Shown: positions 55,615 through 64,000 of the stretch, in pieces
Position numbering within the stretch: position 1 is the first letter of the stretch
Layout of the letters: the number at the start of each line of letters is the position of its first letter
Source of the DNA: Octopus sinensis
Lineage: Eukaryota
NCBI RefSeq assembly: GCF_006345805.1
Contig: NC_042998.1
Span: forward strand, 125,054,001-125,118,000
Direction: 5' to 3'
DNA length: 64,000 bases
Notes under the pieces: generated by a model
The model's input: the letters and a program-made list of their open reading frames with translations, nothing else
Databases searched by the model: none
Told to the model about the DNA's origin: nothing
Made by a program: the position numbers and the translations under genes

Positions 55615-55833
55615 GAACACATTGGTTTCAAATTTTGGCATAAAGCCAGCAATTTCGGGGTTGGGGTAAATTGATTACATCGACCCCTATACTCAACTGC
55701 TACTTGTTTTATCAACCCCAAAAGGATAAAAGGCAAAGTCGACCTTGGCGCAGTTTGAACACAGAACGTAAAGACGGGCGAAATTCCACTAAGCATTTTC
55801 TCGGGAGTACGAACGATTCTGCCAGCTCGCCGC
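55615..55833 (-). mobile_element. SINE family A variant
   Basis: Ends in CTGCCAGCTCGCCGC. Confidence 0.75.
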
Positions 55834-56084
55834 ATTAGAAAGGAACAATATATTACACTATATTTTGTACGACAGATCTCTTGAATTTAAATAATGTAAA
55901 AAATTGTGTCTGAACAAGAAATCAATATTTTTATACATATCGGTTCCTTTAAGACAAAATGACAATGTGACAGCAATTTGTGGTTAAGTTTACGGAAAGT
56001 CAAATGTAAACAATCTTATAACTGGACTACATATATACAATTATATATGCTTAAATATAGACATATTTACCTACATAAATACAA

Positions 56085-56121
<37 letters not shown>

Positions 56122-56521
56122 CACACACACATATAATAAAAATATGTTACAAAAAGAAAATAGAAACTACACGTGGAAATATATTGGAAAATAAGAAGGA
56201 AAAAAGCGAAAATGCACATTGGAAATCAAAAAAAGGAAAGGCTTTTTATGAAAAGAAACGATAGCTATATACAATCAGATGAACTGAGTAATAAAAGACA
56301 TTATTGTGAATTGTTAATGAGATTCAAAGGCATACCAGTTTCGTAAATTACTGTTCACTGGATTTGAATGCGCACCGATTACCGAACGGTGTCGGGTCTA
56401 CTAGTCTCTGAGTAAAAAGTAGCTCTGGATTTGGTGCAATTAGGGTAGATATAATACTGTAATGTGAATGATGTATGGGATGTATGGGGGTTAGTGGTAT
56501 TAATTGAAAGGTTAGTAGTGC

Positions 56522-56569
<48 letters not shown>

Positions 56570-56689
56570 ATATATATATAAGTTAATAATAATAATATTA
56601 GGGAATAAATCCAAACTTACAGGGAAAAAACTAGATTTAGGATTAAATCCAGTTTTATAGTATAAATATATTATATTATTTATATTACA

Positions 56690-57429
56690 TTAGAGATAAA
56701 AACACTATTAGGCAAATCAAACAGTGAAAAACATACCCAATACATAAAATTAATTTTAAAATATAAAAGTTAAAAGTAAAAAAATTATTTAAATAATTTA
56801 AACTTATAAATTTTATATATATATACAAATATATATATATATGTATGTATGTATATTTTTATATTTATATATTATTTTATTTATTAATTAATTAATTAAT
56901 TTATTTATTTATATTTTTTTATAAATATCAAAAGTATTAAAAGTTTAATAAAAGATAAAGAGTAAAACACTACGATCGTTTCATGGCTGTACCAATTCGA
57001 ATAACAATAATTTAAATTCAATTAATAATTCGAGTTATGGTTACAGTCAATCTTCAGGTTAATTGAAATATTTTTAAAATAATCAGAATATATTTAAACA
57101 ATATTTTAAAGAATATAATATAATAATTTTACTTATAATAAACTCTATTATCAAACTAGAAACTTATTAAAACTTTTAATTCTTTTGATATTTCTTAAAA
57201 AAATAAATACATTAATTAATTAATTAATTAATTAATTAATTAATAAAATAATATATAAATATAAAAATATACATACATACATATATATATATATGTATAT
57301 ATATATAAAATTTATAAGTTTAAATTATTTAAATAATTTTTTTTTTTAACTTATTTTTATATTTTAAAATTAATTTTATGTATTGGCTTATGTTTTTCAC
57401 TGTTTGATTTGCCTAATAGTGGTTTTATC

Positions 57430-57434
<5 letters not shown>
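56690..57434. repeat. Long inverted repeat (arms about 56690-56951 and 57164-57434) around a 212-bp spacer
   Basis: TTAGAGATAAAAACACTATTAGGCAAATCAAACAGTG... is mirrored at 57434; (TA)n tracts on both sides. Confidence 0.9.
56966..57062 (-). ncRNA. Hammerhead motif with intact core but eroded stems (fifth family)
   Basis: CTGAAGA TTGACTGTAACCA...TGGTACAGCCAT GAAA CGATCG TA GTGTT; palindromic ACGATCGT stem III. Confidence 0.6.
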
Positions 57435-57477
<43 letters not shown>

Positions 57478-57659
57478 ATATATATATATATATATATATT
57501 CGCACAGCATGGCGAGACTAATAACCTGGTGTAGAAATCAGTATTTGTATGGTCTAGAATACAATGTTATATGAGTATAGTGTGGTAAAATTTAAAAAAT
57601 GTGATGACACCGGAAAAACCATAGCGCTTCCATGTTATGAAGTGCACCTCATATTCAAG

Positions 57660-57738
57660 ACTCTGATGTAGCTTTAGGATGTTATACTGATACACAATTA
57701 AAAGTCCACCACATTTCTTAGCAGAAACAGCTGTAAGC
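57660..57738 (+). ncRNA. Degenerate hammerhead-like motif
   Basis: CTGATGT ... GAAACAGCTGTA AG; A9 lost and stems weak. Confidence 0.35.
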
Positions 57739-57999
57739 AAATGAGATTCATTACATAACATTTGACCTTACAGCGGTGCTTTTTTCTGGTGGGTGTTCGG
57801 ACCTGGCAACACAAGTGAAATCGGTCAAAAGGGGTAACTCCATTTCTCACAGAAGGAGTTTTCACTTCGAAGAATTTCATTTCAGTGGGATTCTTTCTCA
57901 GCAAGCTATACTATATATATATATATATATATAGATATATATAATATATATATATTGTATATATATATATTATGTATAGTACGTAAATATTGTTGTGCC

Positions 58000-59311
58000 A
58001 GGTACCCGGTAGTTCCCGGGAGTAAAGATTTTCAATTGAAACACCTTATTACTAGATTGTCTAGAGAGGTTGTCGGAAGTGATCGAGAGAGATTTTCAGA
58101 GGCTAGCGAGAGAGGTTGTCGGAGGTTGGCAAGAGAGGTTGTCGGAGGAAAAGGCATCTTTGTTCCAAAATTTCAGTCTTAGAGAGCTTCGTGATACACA
58201 ATTTTGGGGGGTATATAAATATATGAATGAAGCGTCTGAAGAAAGTGCAATAATAACGTTCACACTCACTGATGGTCGCTCTCATAGCTTACGGAGTTCT
58301 TGTTTTCATAACTATCGAAAAGCAGCCAGAAAGATAGACATATTGTTGAGAACAAATGATTTCGTTGGAGGTATGTTATCTCCATTCCAGCCCCTGGTGG
58401 CCTAGAAGATGTTAGAGGGGTCAAGTGGCAAAGACATTCTGCTTAGCGAAGGCATCTGGGAAATGTATAACTGCTGCCATTCACAGAAAAATTGTTTTAC
58501 CATGAGAAAAGCGCTGTTGAAGTGTTAAGTGAAATTTGGGAATCGAGGATCGAATCCACGCTATGCCTGTATGAAGCTACTACAAATACGTTGTGGAATA
58601 AAAAATCTATCTACTGTCATGGAAAAAGTGTAACTGTAAAAATTCAGAATTATCGGAGTAATGGGCATTCAAAAAAGTATGTATGTATAGAAATGTATGA
58701 ATGAAGTCTTTAATGTTTAAGATTCAAATTAAAGAAGTGCAAAAATAATGTTTAGGAGTTCAAAACGGTTAGTAGTGAAATTCAGAATTAGATCAGCTGA
58801 TCGTGAGAATCAAATATTGATCATTGCACTAAAAACTGCAGGTGGTTTCGGTTATTTCCTTTGGGTTGTTTGAATAAAATATTAGTAATATGTGGTAGAT
58901 AGAAGGATCCATTGGAAGGGCCCTATTATCGATTTTTTTTTCAACAATCTAAGAATGTCAAGAGGTTTCCAGACATGAGTTCTACTCACGTGTCAAATAA
59001 AGTATAAAAGTGATATTGTCTGCAAAACTTAGAAATAGGACACACAAAAAAATCAATATTCACAGTGTTTAAAAAAATATTATGCAGGTGCTTGGGTGGT
59101 TAAACTAGATTAGATATATAAGGTAGATATAAAGGTCCCTTCCAGGAGCCGTATTTTCGATTTTTTCAACAATCTAAGTATGTCACGAGGTTTCCAGCCA
59201 TGAGTTCTACCCACGTATCAAGTTTCATCAAAATCAATAAAACGATGTAGGAGGGGTTAGCTAACAACGCCAAAAACAAACACGCACTGATTTTCTACAT
59301 ATGTAGTAGAT
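58000..59311 (+). mobile_element. Non-autonomous Helitron/Helentron-like element
   Basis: 5' hairpin CCCGG tagtt CCCGGG; internal repeats; 3' AAGTTTCATCAAAATC...GGGGTTAGC and CTACATATGTAG palindrome ending TAGAT. Class inferred from the termini. Confidence 0.45.
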
Positions 59312-60249
59312 ATATATGTGTATATGTGTGTATGTATATCAACATTTAGGTATTTTTAGACAAATTCAAGCATAATAACGGAACATACCGTGGGCTGAAC
59401 CAATCTGAAAGTAAAGACAACTCAATAGTAAAGTCCCAGACAATTCTAACTTTAAAAATTATATGTGCGCGTGTGTTAGTGTGCGTGTGTGTTAGTGTGT
59501 GTAAGTTTGTGTGTGTGCTTGTGTCTCTATATGTACATATGTGTGTCTGTATGTTTATATATGTATGTATACACACACAGGCACACACGCACGCGCGCAC
59601 GCATGCACGCACGTAACCTTGAATCCAGATTTTGGCAATTATTGCGGCTCGCTTGTGATAGTTGTGCGGTAGCTCGTTCTGCACTAAACTGCTCACACAT
59701 TTTCCCGCCAAATATTTATTTTCTTTGGTTAGTCAGACCTCCCATAAATGATATATACAATCTACTATTATACTCAGTTCTCTGGTCTGAAGTTTCTAAA
59801 TTTGTATACTACCACAAGCATGTGGTCTTTCATCTTTGAAAGATCTAGGAAAATATTAGCGAATCATAAAGTGTATATGAATGGATTAAAGTTGTGTCCC
59901 TTTATATAAAAAAGTGGTGGTAAAGTAAAAGAGTGTGGTCTTTGTTATCGATCTAAAATCATTGTTTATGGTCTGTTTAACGTTTTGTTCATGATGTTGT
60001 TTACGGACTGCTGTCATTTCCTTACTTCAGGCGGCGAAACTATCAACCGTTAACTAAACGACGCTACGAAAAAAAAGATTGAATAAATAAATAAAAGCAG
60101 TTACTTTTTCTTTTGTTTATTTTACTTGAATTTTAATATCCTTTTTGTATTTCTTTCACATTAATCATTGATTTGATTATCGCTAGAGAGATTTTTATAC
60201 ACTCACACACACACGCACTGGCACACAAAACGTCATTAGGCACGCACAA

Positions 60250-60283
<34 letters not shown>

Positions 60284-60322
60284 GGACAGATAGACAGACA
60301 GATAGACAGATAGATAGATAGT

Positions 60323-60375
<53 letters not shown>

Positions 60376-60443
60376 GGACAGATAGACAGACAGACAGACG
60401 GACAGATAGACAGACAGATAGACAGATAGATAGATAGTTTGAC

Positions 60444-60515
<72 letters not shown>

Positions 60516-61462
60516 TTTATTTTTTACTTGCTTTAGACTTCGTGAGTTTAGTTGAGCAGATCGACCCCAGTGCTTACTTTTTCTAATTTGGTACTTTTTC
60601 TATCGGTTTCAGTTGTCGAACCGCTATTCTACATTTGCTCAAAGCTCTCACAGTTGGATTGAACCAGATACCACGTGTTTGCACTGTGATCTCATTGTTT
60701 ATAATTGACAAGTACTCAATGTTCGAAGTCGAGTATAATTAAATTTATTTGGCTGATGCTTTCTGACATTGCTTCAAGTTTCATAAATAGTCAGCCATAC
60801 CGATTGACTGAATGTTCGTGAAACATAAAGTAACGGCAAAAGGAATCAAATAAACGATGAGGCAAAATATTCGTATCTCTTCTTTGTATGGTATATTTGA
60901 AAGTCAATCTTTCCATTTTATTTCTTTCATATTTTACTATATTCCAGATTTTCATTTGAAACGTTTTGCTCGAATGATTTTGCAAAGATTAACATGTGGT
61001 GTTCTTAACAATTCACCTGGTATATTAGACTTTCCTCAATATATAAGAAGAAAGTAATTCGGGTAGACAGAATCTATCGAGTAACTAATCTAGTAGCTTT
61101 GTCTTCTCCTGTCTACTATTAATTTATTCCTCAGACGTTAGAAAACTAATAAAGTAAGATAAGACATTCTTATACACACTTGACACGTTTTCGTGTCAAG
61201 TGATGTTTCTTTGTAAGTCATTAGCGATATGAGGTTAGAGCAAGTTATTGGATGTATGCTATCTGTGACAGGCTGGAGGTCATCGCTATATGATTAAAAG
61301 CTTTAAGAAGCCTCAACTCTGAAATATAGATCTGAGATTACATATTATTTAATTTACTTCATGATGTTGTTAACGCAAGTTTCTGAACGACGTCGCGTCT
61401 AAAAGAGCGTTTACAAACCTAAGGATTTCCTTTTAGATACTCGCACACACACACACACACAC

Positions 61463-61500
<38 letters not shown>

Positions 61501-61607
61501 AGTACAAATATTCATCCACATTTACACACATGCCCATCTAGTTATCCATATAACTATCAATATATATTGTATGTGTATGTATGTACGTATACATGTGTGT
61601 ATGTATG

Positions 61608-61666
<59 letters not shown>

Positions 61667-62289
61667 GTACGTATGTGTGTATATATACGTACATGTGTGT
61701 GAGTATGTATGTATGTATATATGTATGTATGAATGTATGTGTATGTATATGTATGTGTATGTATGTGTATGTGTGTGTGTGTATGTATGTATGTATGTAT
61801 GTATGTATGTGTGTACGTGTGCTGTTCAATTCAGTGATTTGCTCATAGATTTAATCAGGCCTTGGTTCTCAAACTGTTCACAACTAATGACTTTTTCTGT
61901 ACTAAGGTTAAACGAGGAACGGTATCAGTGAGATTGGCGAGTTTTATTTTTTTTAACATTGACCAACACCGGTAACTGATGGTCTCTGAACTATCAAAGA
62001 CCAAGAAACATACTTGAGAACCCTGTGCATACACACGCGCACGCGCGCGTACATATATAAATACATACACTTACAGAGGTGCACGCATACGTATAATAGA
62101 TAAGATAAATATATCTACCAGTGTCTCCATGTACACACATATTCAAATATTGATATAATGAGTTTCAGTCTCATAGCTACAAACAGGCAAACATAAAGAC
62201 TGCAGAGAATACCGAGAAGGTTTTATGCATATGATTGCAAACACACTGTCACACATAAGTACTCGCTTCCACTTTACGCTATTCTCTCT

Positions 62290-62302
62290 CTATATATATA
62301 TA

Positions 62303-62357
<55 letters not shown>

Positions 62358-62604
62358 ATATGTATGTATGTATATATGTATCTATGTATATATATATATA
62401 TGTATATATATATTTATGTATGTATATATGTATGTATGTATATATATATGTATGTATATATATATATGTATGTATGTATATATATATGTATGTATATATA
62501 TATATATATATATGTATGTATATATGTATGTATGTATATATGTATGTATGTATATATATATGTATGTATATATATATATGTATGTATGTTTATATGTATG
62601 TATG

Positions 62605-62637
<33 letters not shown>

Positions 62638-62686
62638 GTATATATATATGTATGTATATATATATATATGTATGTATGTATATATG

Positions 62687-62722
<36 letters not shown>

Positions 62723-62770
62723 CATGTATATATATATATACATGTATATATATATATATATATACACGCA
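62290..62770. repeat. Compound TA/TATG microsatellite
   Basis: Visible directly. Confidence 0.95.
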
Positions 62771-62777
62771 CATATTC

Positions 62778-63160
62778 TTTTACTCTTTTACTTGTTTCAG
62801 TCATTTGCTGGAGCTCCGCCTTTAGTGGAGCAAATCGAGCTCAGGAGTTATTCTTTGTAACCCTAGTACTTATTCTATCGGTCTTTTGCCGAACCGCTAA
62901 GTTACGGGGACGTAAACACACAAGCATCGGCTGTCAAGCGATGTTGGGGGAACAAACACAGACACACAAACTTATACACACATATACATATATGTATACA
63001 TCTATATGACGGGCTTTCAGTTTCCGTCTACCAAATGCACCCACAAGGCTTTGGTTGACCCGAGGCTTAGAAGACACTTGCCCAAGGTGCTACACAGTGG
63101 GACTGAACCCGGAACCATGTGGTTCGTAAGCAAGCTACTTACCACAAAGCCACTCCTATG

Positions 63161-63162
<2 letters not shown>
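62778..63162 (-). mobile_element. Near full-length SINE family B
   Basis: Head AGGCATAGGAGTGGCTTTGTGGTAAG on the minus strand. Confidence 0.85.
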
Positions 63163-63214
<52 letters not shown>

Positions 63215-63229
63215 TGCAAAAACACTTGT

Positions 63230-63720
63230 TTTTAAAGGTGTGAATACCTGCTGGTTCTGACATACCTTTGATATATACATTAGGGCGGTCTTTCCTGCGG
63301 ATAAGCATTGTAAATGGTATTTAGAAACTATATTTTGTTCCTTCTGGGTAGAATGTAATGTATCTATTGTAGATCCAGGAGAGGCTACTCTTCTTGTCAA
63401 TGTCATTTCCATCTAGCTTACCGGATATGTACCCATGCATTGCTTTTTGTTGGTATGATGCCTGCTTCTCCTCCAAGTTTCTGTTTAGGTAAGCCAATCC
63501 ACCTTCCGTTGAGTCGCATGACACAGTTGTATTCTCAAAGTACCTGCACAGTAATTCTTCTCCAATTATTTTCATATCCATATTCTTACATACATGTACA
63601 TATACTCATCTTATCCAAGCACCTTATCCGCATCTTATCCAAGCACCCAAAAGACCCAACAGTCAGACTTATACGGGAGTACGTCCTTATAAATGAAACT
63701 TCCCCAATACTAAATAGGAA
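63230..63720 (-). mobile_element. Decayed R4/Dong-like LINE fragment (post-RT region)
   Basis: YQQKAMHGYISGKLDGNDIDKKSSLSWIYNRYIT resembles the W..K.LHG...D...S..WL segment. Confidence 0.5.
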
Positions 63721-64000
63721 ATATACATAGTAGATACCTCCATACCCACAGTTTACACAGGTTGAGTAGAATAGTTAGTAGACTGTTATGTAGATAGATG
63801 TGTGTGTGTGTGTGGGTATATATGTGTATATGCACATGTATGTAAGCATATGGATATGAAAATAAACAGATCAACATACACACGGATAGGCACATAGGTT
63901 ATATGAAGAGACAAGCACACATACACAAATGGAGACTACAACACATGACCATGTATACACACACACTTTACTTCACACAAGGACACATATGGAGACACGG

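Noticed and set aside
55937-55946. 10-nt microexon GAACCGATAT upstream of the 55481 exon
   Set aside because: Good acceptor but weak GTATAA donor; cannot be supported without reads.
58063-58154. CRISPR-like repeat-spacer pattern
   Set aside because: Repeat 15 bp and spacer 8 bp are far too short, the context is eukaryotic and there are no cas genes.

Overview
AT-rich, microsatellite-dense eukaryotic DNA that is mostly intronic or intergenic. The SINE families look like those of Octopus; this is my pattern recognition and was not checked by search. No intact long protein-coding ORF is present. Almost all listed ORFs are microsatellite translations, and the rest are decayed transposon fragments: mariner, maT/DD37D, CR1-type RT and ORF1, L1/Tx1-type ORF1, an RTE-like endonuclease, an R4-like LINE and a Helitron-like element. 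A few short minus-strand segments have canonical splice sites and compatible phases, so they may be exons of an unidentified host gene. The main signal is about ten type I hammerhead-ribozyme (HHR) motifs from several sequence families on both strands, three with an intact catalytic core (30180-30223, 42676-42710, 43041-43138). They sit in short non-coding, Penelope-like-looking elements that often lie in (TA)n tracts and have inverted, head-to-head architecture. One family joins a tRNA-derived Pol III head to a minimal hammerhead and is flanked by target-site duplications.
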